Assembly (NCBI GenBank): GCA_036507075.1 | Contig: DASXQR010000167.1 | Span: 13,516-77,515, forward strand | Length of the DNA: 64,000 bases | Source: Acidobacteriota bacterium | Lineage (GTDB): Bacteria > Acidobacteriota > UBA6911 > JACQSX01 | Reading direction: 5' to 3' | In this document: in pieces, positions 20,168-30,764 of the stretch | Numbering within the stretch: position 1 is the stretch's first letter | How the letters are laid out: each line of letters starts with the position of its first letter | The notes under the pieces: model-generated | What the model saw: the letters and a program-made list of their open reading frames with translations, nothing else | The model's database searches: none | Told to the model about the DNA's origin: nothing | Program-made: the position numbers and the translations under genes

Positions 20168-20186
20168 GGGCTGTTTTGGAGATTGC

Positions 20187-21095
20187 CTACTTCGGCTTTT
20201 GCCCGGAAGAGGGAGGCCAGTCGTATCCGGCCTGGCCGACTCGCATGGCACCCGATGCCCAGGCGTGACTTTTCGCCGCCTGGTGTGCTTTCGTATACCA
20301 CTTTCCAGCGTTGGTTTCATAAAAGGCCAGATGCCGCCGCAACTCTTCGTCTCTGACCGCACGGTAGGCATATAGAAGCGGCATCCAGCAGCCGTTGGCG
20401 ATTCCTTCGCTGTGTTGTTGGCGGAGACTTGTTTCGATCTTGCGAAAATCATTTTCAGCAAGCTTTTCATTCGGCGCGCGGAAGCGATTACGAACCGCTT
20501 CAATCATTAATGCCGTACCCACGACCGTTCGCAGACTCGTTTCCGCACAATTGGTCACATCCGAATAATGTCGCAGGACTGCCTTTCGCGTTTCCGACTG
20601 TCGCCGCCCTTCCGGAGAATTCAGAAACGGGTTGAGCCCTGCCAGGCCCTCGGGTGTTCTAAGGACCCTGGTGAGCTCGTGGATTCGGCGGGTTTCTACG
20701 GAGCGCAGCCACTCAAGAGTTGATCGGGCGTATCTCTCATCGAGATTCTCCATGAAACCGTGGTAGTACGCTTCGGGGAATTCGGGCGTGTCAAACATCA
20801 GTTGAACCCATTGCCTGGCTGCTGCAATTTCCGCGGGCGATACTTTCGATGGGTTGCGCTGCAAATCGGCCCGGTAAACCGCCACCACGTTCTGCAGCGC
20901 TTCGTTTGTTCCGTCCAGCTCAAAAATCTGCTGCACCAGGAGCCGAATGCCGGAAGATCGAGAAGTTTTGTTGTGCTGGGAGAGAAGAGGGGCTGCGAAA
21001 GCCGTCGAAAGCAGAATCACCGCCGAAGGCAACGCAACCTTCCGTCGAATGCGACAGGATGCGACCTTGGCAGTAAGCAGAAGTAATGCAGGCAT
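20187..21095 (-). CDS. exported helical hypothetical protein (DUF2059-like C-terminus)
   Basis: Signal-like segment; YAYRAVRDEELRRHLAFYETNAGKWY; start uncertain. Confidence 0.55.
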   Translation of the reverse strand: MPALLLLTAKVASCRIRRKVALPSAVILLSTAFAAPLLSQHNKTSRSSGIRLLVQQIFELDGTNEALQNVVAVYRADLQRNPSKVSPAEIAAARQWVQLMFDTPEFPEAYYHGFMENLDERYARSTLEWLRSVETRRIHELTRVLRTPEGLAGLNPFLNSPEGRRQSETRKAVLRHYSDVTNCAETSLRTVVGTALMIEAVRNRFRAPNEKLAENDFRKIETSLRQQHSEGIANGCWMPLLYAYRAVRDEELRRHLAFYETNAGKWYTKAHQAAKSHAWASGAMRVGQAGYDWPPSSGQKPK

Positions 21096-21145
21096 GTTTG
21101 CCCGGCGATCTTTGTTCGCGGTTCAGACTTTCGACTTTCAGACTT

Positions 21146-22183
21146 TCATGCCGGGTTGCTTCCGCGCTCCCGGATGTTAACCCAGACATGCACGTGTGGA
21201 GAACCACGGAAGTACCAGATCATGTTGGGGCTTTCGAGTTGCCATACGTCCCACACGCCGTCGTTGCCTATGTCGAGATTCTTGTAAAATGACATGGCCA
21301 TGGCATCGATGCCGCCGCTTTTCTTAATGTAGCGCACGGCTTCATCGGCATCCTGCCTGCGAAAGGGAAGCAGTAGATCGGCCAAAACGCTTTCCACCAG
21401 CGCCTTTTGATCGCGGCTCATTTCCGAGACGGGCAGGCCGGCCATTTTCTCGGATTTCGTTCTGAAAGCAACTGTACTTGTAGCTTGCTCTTCACGCGGA
21501 TCGCCAAGGAGGGCCAGCGCGCGCTGCTTTCCGTCCAGCGCGCCGAAAACTTCATTAGCCCTCTTTGCCTGATACCAGTAAACGTTGCCGGGATGATCGG
21601 GCTTTTCATTGAAGCTCTGGGACGCGTGTCCATAAAAAATGGGACCGCCGAAAGCCGCACCCTCGACCGAATCGCCGTCGCACCGCATTGTGCAATGCCT
21701 GCCGGTCAGCACAAATTCAAAAGCGCCGCTGCCGGGGCTGCCAAAGATTGCGACAGAATAATTGCCCAGCCCGCCCCCGTCCTCATCCATGTGCGCCATC
21801 ACCTTATCCATATATTCGGGATTATGCAGGCTCACAAAGATATCCTTGATCATCGCCTGCTGATCCGAATTGAAGAACTTCCCAATCTTTGCCGGCGTGA
21901 TCTGCCAGTTGGCGTCAACCTTCGACCTGAGAGGATGATCAAACTTAAAAGCGATGACCCTTTTTTGTTCTTCTGAAAGCGTATGGTAAAGCGAGGCGAC
22001 CAGAGTTTCACAACCGCCGGCGCGGACCGGACTGGTCTGCGAAGCCGCAAAGGTGGAAACTGGAATCGGCAGAATGCCTGCCGCTGCCAGTCCGATGCCG
22101 GCCCGCACGGTTGAATTCAGGAAATCGCGCCGGTTGGAACGGTCACAATCCGGACAGGCAGGAGTAGCAGGTTTGAGTAGCAT
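21146..22183 (-). CDS. Tat-exported DUF3500-like protein
   Basis: NRRDFL twin-arginine signal; GGPIFYGH and FRGSPHVH motifs. Confidence 0.7.
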   Translation of the reverse strand: MLLKPATPACPDCDRSNRRDFLNSTVRAGIGLAAAGILPIPVSTFAASQTSPVRAGGCETLVASLYHTLSEEQKRVIAFKFDHPLRSKVDANWQITPAKIGKFFNSDQQAMIKDIFVSLHNPEYMDKVMAHMDEDGGGLGNYSVAIFGSPGSGAFEFVLTGRHCTMRCDGDSVEGAAFGGPIFYGHASQSFNEKPDHPGNVYWYQAKRANEVFGALDGKQRALALLGDPREEQATSTVAFRTKSEKMAGLPVSEMSRDQKALVESVLADLLLPFRRQDADEAVRYIKKSGGIDAMAMSFYKNLDIGNDGVWDVWQLESPNMIWYFRGSPHVHVWVNIRERGSNPA

Positions 22184-22268
22184 ATTTTTTCTCCCGTTGA
22201 CTAAAACAGAGTATAGGCCTGGTTATTCCTGGAGGGGAGGTTCTTTTTCAAACTTCGCGTTTATTCGG

Positions 22269-22337
22269 AGAGACGGCCTGAGGCCGTCTCTACTCACAAA
22301 ATGTAAAATTTCCTGAGACGGCCCTCAGGCCGTCTAT
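22269..22337. repeat. GTAG-type REP palindromes
   Basis: AGAGACGGCCtgaGGCCGTCTCT followed by AC (GTAG on minus strand); second copy at ~22315-22335. Confidence 0.65.
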
Positions 22338-22385
22338 GCCTCGCAGACGGCGCCATTTTTCTCATCTTTCCCGATTCACATTCTG

Positions 22386-22724
22386 CTAAGCAAGGATGAT
22401 CTCGTTCAGGCCGTCGACAATCCTGTTCAGTTCTTCGGGCGGAATCCTGCTGATCCTCTTGCCGAGGCGTTCCACGGAAAGTGTTCGGATTTGACTTATT
22501 TTGGCCCAGGATTTTTTGGGAAGCCGACCCCTGCTCAATTCAAGGGTCAGGGGAAAACCAGAACGTTGGGGTTGGCTGGTCACTGCTACAGCTATTACGG
22601 TGCCGGAGCGTTCATTAAAGACGTCGTGGCTGAGGATGATAACAGGCCGCAATCCCGCTTGTTCATGTCCCTTGACGGGATTGAGATCCGCCCAGACAAT
22701 ATCGCCTCTCAATATTCCGGCCAT
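22386..22724 (-). CDS. mazF: PemK/MazF family endoribonuclease toxin
   Basis: RGDIVWADLNPVKGHEQAGLRPVIILS...SQIRTLSVERL. Confidence 0.93.
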   Translation of the reverse strand: MAGILRGDIVWADLNPVKGHEQAGLRPVIILSHDVFNERSGTVIAVAVTSQPQRSGFPLTLELSRGRLPKKSWAKISQIRTLSVERLGKRISRIPPEELNRIVDGLNEIILA

Positions 22725-22951
22725 TGAGTGAGCTCACTTGCGAAACCTTCATCGGCCAAGGCCTTTTCAAATTCTGGATCCAGTTTGGAACATTCTTCGG
22801 CAAGGCGAGTCCGCTTCAATCGGCGCAATTTTTCGTCGATAGCCTCCTGGATAGCCCTGCTTCGACTGGGGAAAATACGGCGTTTCACCAGACGATCGAG
22901 TTCCGCCAATGTCTTTTGGTCCAGGGTTATGGCCACTTTGGTGGTGCTCAA
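22709..22951 (-). CDS. CopG/ribbon-helix-helix antitoxin
   Basis: TKVAITLD...FPSRSRAIQEA; WPEY end overlaps toxin start; GGAGG RBS. Confidence 0.85.
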   Translation of the reverse strand: MSTTKVAITLDQKTLAELDRLVKRRIFPSRSRAIQEAIDEKLRRLKRTRLAEECSKLDPEFEKALADEGFASELTQWPEY

Positions 22952-23060
22952 AGGAATCCCTCCAGGGTATTACCAAATATCATACCACAAATTCATCCGA
23001 GGCGAGAGCGTCGGTAGCGCGGAGGTGTGATCTATTTTGGCTGCAATCGGGAATAAGACT

Positions 23061-23425
23061 CCACCACAGAGGCACAGCCCGGCCGTAGGCCGCAACCAAA
23101 GAAAAAGCCGAGGACGGTCACGTGCACGTCAACGACAGACGTCAACGATAGACGTCAACGACCACGTCCACGCTAGCGAAGAAAAAATCGCAAGTTTGCC
23201 TGCTGGCCGGTCAGGTACGCCACAAGGCAACTCGTGGAACGCATCGTGTCGATGTTGACCAAAATGATCAAGCTCTAATCTGTCAAGCAGCCTGGACGCA
23301 TTCCGTGGACGTTGACGTGCACGTGCTCGTAGACGATAAACGTCAACGTTGACGTGATCGGATGTTCTCTGAAATCTTGTCGAAAAGGCAAGAAGTTGCC
23401 AGCTTGTTACACAGAGGACACAGAA
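23061..23425. mobile_element. non-autonomous GCCGCAACCAAA...CAAGAAGTT element inside a CACAG REP, carrying inverted hexamer arrays
   Basis: Head at 23089-23100; tail at 23371-23410 matches the reverse complement of 63896-63945; CACAG on both sides. Confidence 0.55.
23228..23278 (+). pseudogene. four-helix-bundle protein gene remnant (C-terminus only)
   Basis: Reads QLVERIVSMLTKMIKL*, between inverted GTnnAC hexamer arrays. Confidence 0.5.
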
Positions 23426-23464
23426 AAACAAATTCAAAGAAGCGCTGCTAAGCAAGATCACTAA

Positions 23465-23641
23465 CTATAAATTGCGCACGTGTACGGCAATGAGCAGCAA
23501 TCCAAAGCCGATGATCCACGACCAGGTCGCCACATCAGCGCTCACGTGCATCACGCCGAGATAGGACAGCAAAGCTACCAGATACAAAACGAGGCAGATT
23601 ACCCAGGTGATCTGTTTCGGAGCCTTTCCGCTAAACGACAT
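23465..23641 (-). CDS. small two-TM membrane protein
   Basis: MSFSGKAPKQITWVICLVLYLVALL...; GGAGG RBS. Confidence 0.65.
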   Translation of the reverse strand: MSFSGKAPKQITWVICLVLYLVALLSYLGVMHVSADVATWSWIIGFGLLLIAVHVRNL

Positions 23642-23890
23642 GATTTCCTCCCTCAGTTTCCTCTCCACGATCCCGATCTGCAGCCCGGACTTTGTGCGGC
23701 TTGTTCCCGGTTGGTCGTTATCTCGCTCGCTGCGTTGAAATCACCGGTGCGCGCCAGGCCCCAGCGTAAAGGTGGTTCGACTGCGCATGCGAAAGCTTGG
23801 TTTAGAGCTGGAAGTTTTAAAGAATAGTAGCGAGATGTGGGAATTACAATCAGAAAAGCTTTACGATAGAGACGAAGAGCGAAAAAACTG

Positions 23891-25255
23891 ATGGCAATTG
23901 CTTCGATTAATCCCGCTACCGGGCAGACCCTGAAAACATTCGTGCCGCTGACCGACTCAGACATTGAGAACAAGCTGCAAAGCGCGGTGCGCGCCTACCA
24001 GACGCATCGCCGCACGGACTTTGGGGCACGCGCCGCGAAGATGAATCAGGCCGCCGAAATTCTTGAGTCCGATAAGGAAAAATTTGGCCGTCTCATGACG
24101 CTTGAAATGGGCAAGCCCCTGAAGGCTGCGGTCGAGGAGGTTGTCAAGTCGGCGTGGGGTTGCCGCTATTACGCGGAGAATGCGGAACGGTTTCTCACTG
24201 CCGAAGAAATTGTCACCAATGCCAGTCGCAGCGGGATCCTCTACCAGCCGCTGGGACCAATCCTGGCAGTCATGCCGTGGAATTTTCCCTTCTGGCAAGT
24301 GTTCCGCTTCGCTGCTCCGGCTCTGATGGCGGGAAACGTGGGCCTGCTCAAGCACGCTTCCAACGTCCCGCAGTCAGCGCTGGCCATTGAAGAAGTTTTC
24401 AGAAGGGCTGGATTTCCAGAGGGAGTATTTCAAACCTTGCTGATCGAGGCAAAACAGGTCCGCCAGGTCATCGAGGATCGCCGAATCGCAGCAGCGACGC
24501 TGACGGGAAGCGAACCGGCGGGGCAACAAGTGGCAAGCACGGCCGGCAGGCAGATCAAGAAGACGGTGCTGGAGCTCGGCGGCAGCGATCCGTTCATCGT
24601 GATGGCAAGCGCCAACCTGGAAGCCGCCGTCAGTACCGCCGTCAAGGCACGGATCATCAATAACGGGCAATCATGCATTGCCGCGAAACGCTTCATCATC
24701 AGCGAGCGGATCGCCGATCAGTTCGAGAACCGCTTTCTTCAGGAGATGCGCAATGTGCGAATCGGAGACCCGATGGACGATTCAACCGAACTGGGGCCGA
24801 TCGCCTCTGAGGAACTGCTCAAAACTCTGGAAGACCAGGTAAACCGGTCCGAAAAGGCCGGAGCGCGTGTCCTGCTGGGCGGCAAACGGTTGAACCAGCC
24901 GGGATATTTCTATCCGGCAACCGTGCTAAGAGATATTCCGCCAGACTCGCCCGCGTTCAAAGAGGAGATATTCGGCCCGGTTGCCTGCCTGTTCCGCGTG
25001 AATGACGCAGCCGAGGCGATTCATCTGGCCAATGGCAGCGATTTTGGCCTCGGCTGCAGCGTCTGGACGCAAGACGAGCACGAACGCGAACTCTTCCTCA
25101 GCGAAATCGAATCGGGCCTGGTCTTTGTTAATGCGATGGTCGCCTCTGATCCGAGACTCCCCTTCGGCGGAGTAAAGCATTCCGGTTACGGCCGCGAGCT
25201 GAGCTCTCACGGAATTCGCGAATTCGTCAACATAAAGACATTTTGGATCAAGTGA
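23891..25255 (+). CDS. NAD(P)-dependent succinate-semialdehyde dehydrogenase (Sad/GabD type)
   Basis: MPWNFPFWQ, TLTGSE, LELGGSD, NGQSC, EEIFGP, PFGGVKHSGYGRE. Confidence 0.93.
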   Translation: MAIASINPATGQTLKTFVPLTDSDIENKLQSAVRAYQTHRRTDFGARAAKMNQAAEILESDKEKFGRLMTLEMGKPLKAAVEEVVKSAWGCRYYAENAERFLTAEEIVTNASRSGILYQPLGPILAVMPWNFPFWQVFRFAAPALMAGNVGLLKHASNVPQSALAIEEVFRRAGFPEGVFQTLLIEAKQVRQVIEDRRIAAATLTGSEPAGQQVASTAGRQIKKTVLELGGSDPFIVMASANLEAAVSTAVKARIINNGQSCIAAKRFIISERIADQFENRFLQEMRNVRIGDPMDDSTELGPIASEELLKTLEDQVNRSEKAGARVLLGGKRLNQPGYFYPATVLRDIPPDSPAFKEEIFGPVACLFRVNDAAEAIHLANGSDFGLGCSVWTQDEHERELFLSEIESGLVFVNAMVASDPRLPFGGVKHSGYGRELSSHGIREFVNIKTFWIK

Positions 25256-25679
25256 ACATCAGCATGCCGCGCAAGGCGCAGCTCTGAAGCGCTGCAAAGC
25301 GGCGCTTAGCGAGGCTCCGCCTCGCCTCACCTCCACCGGTCTCGTGCCGGTGGGAGTGAAGATTCTTCACCAGAGTCCTGCCACTTCCCGAAACACCCCG
25401 CCGGGCTTGCCCCGGCCGATCGCAGGATTGTCCACTGTGGGATTCTTACCTTTCCGGCGTAACCTCACAGTGAGCAATCCTTCGCTCCGCCGGGATGAAT
25501 CCGGCGGGGGCGCGCACCTCTGGAAGATGGGCCTGTAGTGAAAAATCCCCGTTCCACCGGCACAGGGCCGGTGGGGACGCGATCTGAAATGTCCAAACTC
25601 CAGGGCGCTGCTTTGCCTCACGCGGCATGCCGTGCTACGTTGCCGCCGCGAGGCGGCGCCTCGACCGTCTTGCAGGAAC

Positions 25680-26655
25680 GTCAACCGTCCGTTGTGAGAC
25701 AGGAGCTGGCGCTGGAATTGAAGGCGGGCGTGAACAGCATCCAGGTCACCGACATTACCATGCATCTGGAACCCGACTCGGTGATCCTGCGGGATCCCAG
25801 CGGCAGAAATCCCATTCAGGTATTGGAACAAAACTATCGCGCCGATCCGATTTCAGAGTCTTTGCTGCTCTCGCTCAACGAGGGCAAGACAATTGACTTT
25901 CTGGTACAGCGCGAAAACAGGCAGGAAGTCATCCCGGGCAAGATTATCCGCAGCGGCTACACGCCGCACGAATCCAGCCGGTAACCGAGAAGACCTTCGA
26001 TGAATACCACCTCTATACGCTGGCTCGACCCGCTACGCTGCACGACCGGGAGACCAAGCAGGTGGAATTCATCCGCGCGGCCGGCGTTCCCAGCAAGCGG
26101 CTTTATGTCTATGATGGAGTAAAGATTGATTCCAACCGCTACCGCGGATGGAACTGGGAAAGTATCCGCAACGATTATTCATACGGGACCGAATCCAACT
26201 CCAAAATCTGGGTGATGCGCGAATTTCTCAACTCTGAAGCCAACCATCTGGGCATGCCGTTGCCCAGAGGACGAGTGCGGTTTTATCGCAGCAACAACGA
26301 CGGCCAGATGGAGTTCACCGGCGAAAATATCATCGATCACACTCCACGCGACGAAACAGCACGCGTTTATACCGGCAATGCCTTCGATCTTGCCGGAGAG
26401 CGTCGCAGGACGAATTTCAAGATCGACACCGACAAGCACTTTCTGGACGAATCTTTTGAAATCAAGGTCCGGAACCATAAAGAAGAACCAGTGACCGTTC
26501 GCGTGGTTGAGCATCTGTATCGCTCGATCAACTGGGAAGTAGCAGTAAGGTCGGATCCATTCAGCAAAACCGACAGCCAGACGATCGAGTTCCCCGTCAC
26601 AATCGCGCCAAACGCAGAAAAGGCAATCACCTACACGGTGCACTATACCTGGTAG
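25680..26655 (+). pseudogene. DUF4139-family protein, truncated and internally deleted
   Basis: VVRQEL...HLEPDSV...GKIIRSGY ends at 25984; another frame resumes VTEKTFDEYHLYTL...ETKQVEF to YTVHYTW*. Confidence 0.8.
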
Positions 26656-26731
26656 GGGCCGAAACGATGAATCGATAGCGCCATCGCACGGCCGGGTTGC
26701 GTCATACCACGGGATACAATTCGGAAATCTG

Positions 26732-26826
26732 TTTCACCGCGGAGACGCAAAGAACGCGAAGTTTCCGCTGAGTTTGCCATCGAAACTCTGCGCAAACTCG
26801 GCGCTCTTTGCGTCTCTGCGGTGAAA
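26732..26826. repeat. REP-like inverted pair
   Basis: TTTCACCGCGGAGACGCAAAG ... CTTTGCGTCTCTGCGGTGAAA between convergent genes. Confidence 0.75.
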
Positions 26827-26841
26827 GCCGTGGGCGGGATT

Positions 26842-28038
26842 TCAGTTGGCCAGGCGGTAGAGATGAGTGTCGGTTCGAATGAATATCGAGCCGCGCGAGA
26901 CGGCCATTGAGGCAAGCGCCATGCCGTCGATGTGGTTGGTTGCCAGTTTTTGAAATTGCGTTCCGGGCGCAATCACGACCGAGTCACCCTCTTCGCTGAG
27001 AAAGTAGATCCGCCCGTCTGCATAGACGGGAGAGGCGGAATGATTGCCGCCCAGGCGGACTCGCCAATGCTCTTTTCCGGTCTTTGCATCCAGGCAGCTC
27101 GCAATGCCATTGTCGCTTACCAGATATAGCTCCTCGCCCACCAGAAGCGGCGAAGGCGTCAGCGGCACGCCTCGCTTCAGGCTCCAGGCTACATGCGTCC
27201 TGGTTACGTCCTTGCGGCCGTCTACCCGGACAGCCAGCAAAGAAGGCTCAAAAAAGCCGGTGCAGATGAAAACCAGTCCGTGGCCGTAGACCGGTCGCGG
27301 CACATTGGAGAACCCGTCTCCATAACTCACCGACCAAATCTCTTTGCCTGTTTGCGGTTCATAAGCGATTGCGCGGTGGGCGCCCGGGCTGATGACCTGG
27401 TCGCCATCGGGAAGCCGCACAACGAGCGAGGTCGAGTAGGCCTGGTACCCGTCTCGGAAGCGCTTCCATCGAATCTTGCCCGATCCCTTGTCCAGCGCGG
27501 CGACAAACTGCACATCCTGGCCATCGCAGCTCACGATCAACAGATCTTCATAGAGCACCGGCGATCCGCCAGGACCATGCTGGCCAGAATACTCGAGCCG
27601 GGTCTTCCAGATAATTTCACCCGACTGATTGATGCAGGCTGTTCCGTGGGCGCCAAAATGAAGATAAATTCGATCACCTTCGATCACAGGAGTGGGCGAG
27701 GCGTGGCTGTTCTTAGCGTTGATCGGCCCCGGGTTATTGCGGCGAAGCACTTCCACGTTGTGCGCGATCCCGCCGGTTTCGCGGTCTACACAGACCGCGC
27801 GCAATGATCTGCCCTCCTCGGTCGCCGTTGTCAGCCAGATGCGATTCCCCTGAATCGCTGGAGACGACCAGCCCCGGCCCGGAATCGGCACCTTCCACTT
27901 GATATGCTCCGTCTCGCTCCAAGTGAGTGGCAGTCCACGCTCCTCCGAGTAGCCCTGTCCCGTCGGACCGCGGAACTCTGGCCAGTCCTGCGCCAACACC
28001 AGGGCTCCGCCGAGCAGAAAAAGCAGGATAGTTCTCAT
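26842..28038 (-). CDS. exported PQQ-like beta-propeller repeat protein
   Basis: Signal peptide + DWPEFRGP; repeated SSP/SP and LDAKTGKEHW blades. Confidence 0.88.
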   Translation of the reverse strand: MRTILLFLLGGALVLAQDWPEFRGPTGQGYSEERGLPLTWSETEHIKWKVPIPGRGWSSPAIQGNRIWLTTATEEGRSLRAVCVDRETGGIAHNVEVLRRNNPGPINAKNSHASPTPVIEGDRIYLHFGAHGTACINQSGEIIWKTRLEYSGQHGPGGSPVLYEDLLIVSCDGQDVQFVAALDKGSGKIRWKRFRDGYQAYSTSLVVRLPDGDQVISPGAHRAIAYEPQTGKEIWSVSYGDGFSNVPRPVYGHGLVFICTGFFEPSLLAVRVDGRKDVTRTHVAWSLKRGVPLTPSPLLVGEELYLVSDNGIASCLDAKTGKEHWRVRLGGNHSASPVYADGRIYFLSEEGDSVVIAPGTQFQKLATNHIDGMALASMAVSRGSIFIRTDTHLYRLAN

Positions 28039-28044
28039 CCTTGC

Positions 28045-30648
28045 TCACGGCGCCACAGTCTTTGGCGTGAATGTAACGGTATAGTTGCTTCCGGCATAAA
28101 GCACCAACCGGTAATTGCCGCTGCTTTCGGTCGTCCCAAACGCAGTGAACAGGGCGGCCAGACCTGACAGCTCGCTGCTTGTCGCCGTGACGGTGACATC
28201 CTTTACGGGCTGTCCGGCCGCATCAATAACCCTGCCGCGCAGAATGACGCGAACGGCCGGGCCTGGAGCATTGATGTTACTTGTGGCGTCTCCGCTCAGC
28301 GTGATCTCCTGGGGTGGGCGCGGAAAGGAGAGTGCGCCTATGACGTTCGTGTTCTCCAGGATGGGAATGGTGGCGCTAAGGAAATAGTTCCTGCCTGCCG
28401 CCAACAGCATGGAGTATCCGCCGCTGAGCGGTTCGCTCGTAAGGCTGGTAGCGACAGGTGGAACCACACAACCGGCGCCCGGATCGGCAAGTTCGCCGGA
28501 GCGGTCCACCGCCAGAACGGTCGCGAGCGCCAGGCCGCCATAATTCTCCAGCCCCACGACCCTTCCCTGCAGTTGCGCCGGAGGCGGCACGCTATAGTTG
28601 CCAAATGCCTGCCCGCTTCCCACCGTTAAGACGGCGATGTTGTAAATCGCGACGTTCTGCCGCTGCAACGGACTGATCTCGCGTACTGCCGTCAAACTGA
28701 CGCGATACGTGTTGTTGCTGGGAAGCTGGCCGCGAAAATTCGAATCCGGTGCTACATCAATGATGCCCTGCACTCTATTTTCAATTGAAGTAAAGACCAG
28801 CTTCGGTTGCGTCAGGCCGGGAGAGTTGTTCAACCCCAGAAACATGCCGCTGGCCATCGACATCGGAACGTCGGGAATGACGATGTCCCGCACCCGGTCT
28901 GCCGTCATCGCCACCAGTTGCGGATCTTCATATGTAAGCAGCGCCTGGCCCGCCGCCGCGCTGCTCGGTTCGTAACAGACTGTAAGCGTGTATGTCCCCG
29001 GCGGGACAATAATCAGATAACGATTTGTCGCCGGATTGACGGCTCCTGTAAACAGGCTGCCCCTGGCGGCCACCTGCAAGACTGAGCGCACGGAACCGGA
29101 GATGGTTCCCGAAAGCCGCAGTCCGGGCGGCAGCGTGGCGTCCAGCACCTGATCGTCCAGTGCGCTTACACCAGCGATGGTCCGGCTCAGCAAGGGCGCA
29201 GGCTGCGGTGGGGGCGGGGATGGAGGTGAAAACGCGCCTGCACCCACCGGCAGTGTAGTGAAGGTAAGGGGATCGGCATTCTGTCGCAGCGTCACCGCGG
29301 AAATCGGTCCGCCGGCACTGATGGCAAGTGTGCCGCGAAAATTTGTGATGGTGGAAAACAGCTCTGCGAAAAACTGCGCCAGGTGCGCGCCGGGCGGCAG
29401 CGTGATCGTTTTGGCGGGCGCGGCCACCTGGCCGGTCCGGTCGTACGGCGTCAGTGTCAGCAGCACGGCGACATTTGTTTGATTGAAGAGAGCAAAACCG
29501 GTATTGAATTTTCCCGTAGTGTCCACCGGGATCGTGAACTCGGTACGCGCCGGCGAATCGCCCACGCCCGCTTCCGTGATGAACTCTCCCGCCGGGCTGA
29601 AGACCGTAAAAATCGCCGCCACTCCGATCGGACCAGTGGCTGTAATGCGCGCGGCGCCGGCAGTCAACAGTCCGCTGCCGTCCGTTTGCAGGAACGCAGA
29701 CTCACCTGGCTGCAGCGTAACAGCGAAAGTGCTGCTCGTTCCGCGGCCGGTGATGGTGACGACAAACGGGCTGCCATCGTCGCGCGTCAGCGCAATGGTT
29801 ACCGTCGAGGGTCCGGCGCCTGTGCTGAAGAGGATCAACGTGGTTCGAAAGGAACCCCCCGCAAAGATTCCGTTGGCGATCTGAGGCAGGCTGAATGACA
29901 TTTGCGAATTGGCGCGCGGCACTGCCGGCAGCGTGGTAAACGTGAGCGGGGCTGCATTCTGCCGCAGCGTCAGTACCGCTATCGGAGCGGTGCTCGAGAC
30001 GACGAGCGTTCCGCGAAGATTAGCGATCGACGGGAACAACTCTCCCGCAACAAATTTCGCGCTGTGGCTGTTGGCCCCCAGCAGGATCACGACCCGCGCG
30101 CGCTCCTGGCCGCTTGTGTCCAGCAGCCTGAGTGTTATGGTGGCTGCGGCGGCAGCGGGATTGAACAGCGCCATGCCGGTGTTGAAATTTCCGGTGGTAT
30201 CAACAGGAATAATATTCTCGATCTGCGGAACAACACCTCCGACACCTGCTTCGGTAAGAAATGACCCGTCCAATTTGAAGAGTGTAAATATGGCTGAGAC
30301 GCCGATCGCCTTGTCGGAAATCACCTTCGCCGCTCCCACGGCAAGGCCGCCGGAGCCATCGGTCTGCAGCAAGCGCGATTCTCCCGGTCCCAGCGTAAAG
30401 GTAAAACTGCTCGCGGTCCCGAATTCGGTGATGGTCACTGTCAGCGGGCTTCCGTCGTCCCGGGAGAGAGAGATCGTGACATTGGCGGCAATAGAACCGC
30501 TGTTGAAGGCGATAAACGTCGTCTTAAATATGCCGCCGCTGAACTGCCCGTTGGCAACCTGCGGAAGATCGTTTTCCTGCTGCTGCGCATAGCCGGTAGA
30601 GGCGCACAACCAGAGAGCCAGAGCGAGCAGCGGGATTCTTCTTTTCAT
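28045..30648 (-). CDS. exported protein: two tandem LPQxANG beta-rich modules + carboxypeptidase-regulatory-like domains
   Basis: MKRRIPLL signal; LPQVANG/LPQIANG duplicated module; Pro linker; RGRVIDAAGQPVKDVTV C-domain. Confidence 0.75.
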   Translation of the reverse strand: MKRRIPLLALALWLCASTGYAQQQENDLPQVANGQFSGGIFKTTFIAFNSGSIAANVTISLSRDDGSPLTVTITEFGTASSFTFTLGPGESRLLQTDGSGGLAVGAAKVISDKAIGVSAIFTLFKLDGSFLTEAGVGGVVPQIENIIPVDTTGNFNTGMALFNPAAAAATITLRLLDTSGQERARVVILLGANSHSAKFVAGELFPSIANLRGTLVVSSTAPIAVLTLRQNAAPLTFTTLPAVPRANSQMSFSLPQIANGIFAGGSFRTTLILFSTGAGPSTVTIALTRDDGSPFVVTITGRGTSSTFAVTLQPGESAFLQTDGSGLLTAGAARITATGPIGVAAIFTVFSPAGEFITEAGVGDSPARTEFTIPVDTTGKFNTGFALFNQTNVAVLLTLTPYDRTGQVAAPAKTITLPPGAHLAQFFAELFSTITNFRGTLAISAGGPISAVTLRQNADPLTFTTLPVGAGAFSPPSPPPPQPAPLLSRTIAGVSALDDQVLDATLPPGLRLSGTISGSVRSVLQVAARGSLFTGAVNPATNRYLIIVPPGTYTLTVCYEPSSAAAGQALLTYEDPQLVAMTADRVRDIVIPDVPMSMASGMFLGLNNSPGLTQPKLVFTSIENRVQGIIDVAPDSNFRGQLPSNNTYRVSLTAVREISPLQRQNVAIYNIAVLTVGSGQAFGNYSVPPPAQLQGRVVGLENYGGLALATVLAVDRSGELADPGAGCVVPPVATSLTSEPLSGGYSMLLAAGRNYFLSATIPILENTNVIGALSFPRPPQEITLSGDATSNINAPGPAVRVILRGRVIDAAGQPVKDVTVTATSSELSGLAALFTAFGTTESSGNYRLVLYAGSNYTVTFTPKTVAP

Positions 30649-30764
30649 AAGGGTTGGGAACGATCCCTCAAAAGAGTATAGCCGCGGTTCGCCACAAAGG
30701 CACGAAACGCAGGAGAAATACCGTTCGGCCAAGTCAAGTTTTGATATGGTAGTATGGTATCAGT

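Noticed and set aside
14345..25598. Inverted 12-mer GTTTGGACATTT (14345) / AAATGTCCAAAC (25587) as transposon ends
   Set aside because: Too short, no target duplication seen and no transposase between them
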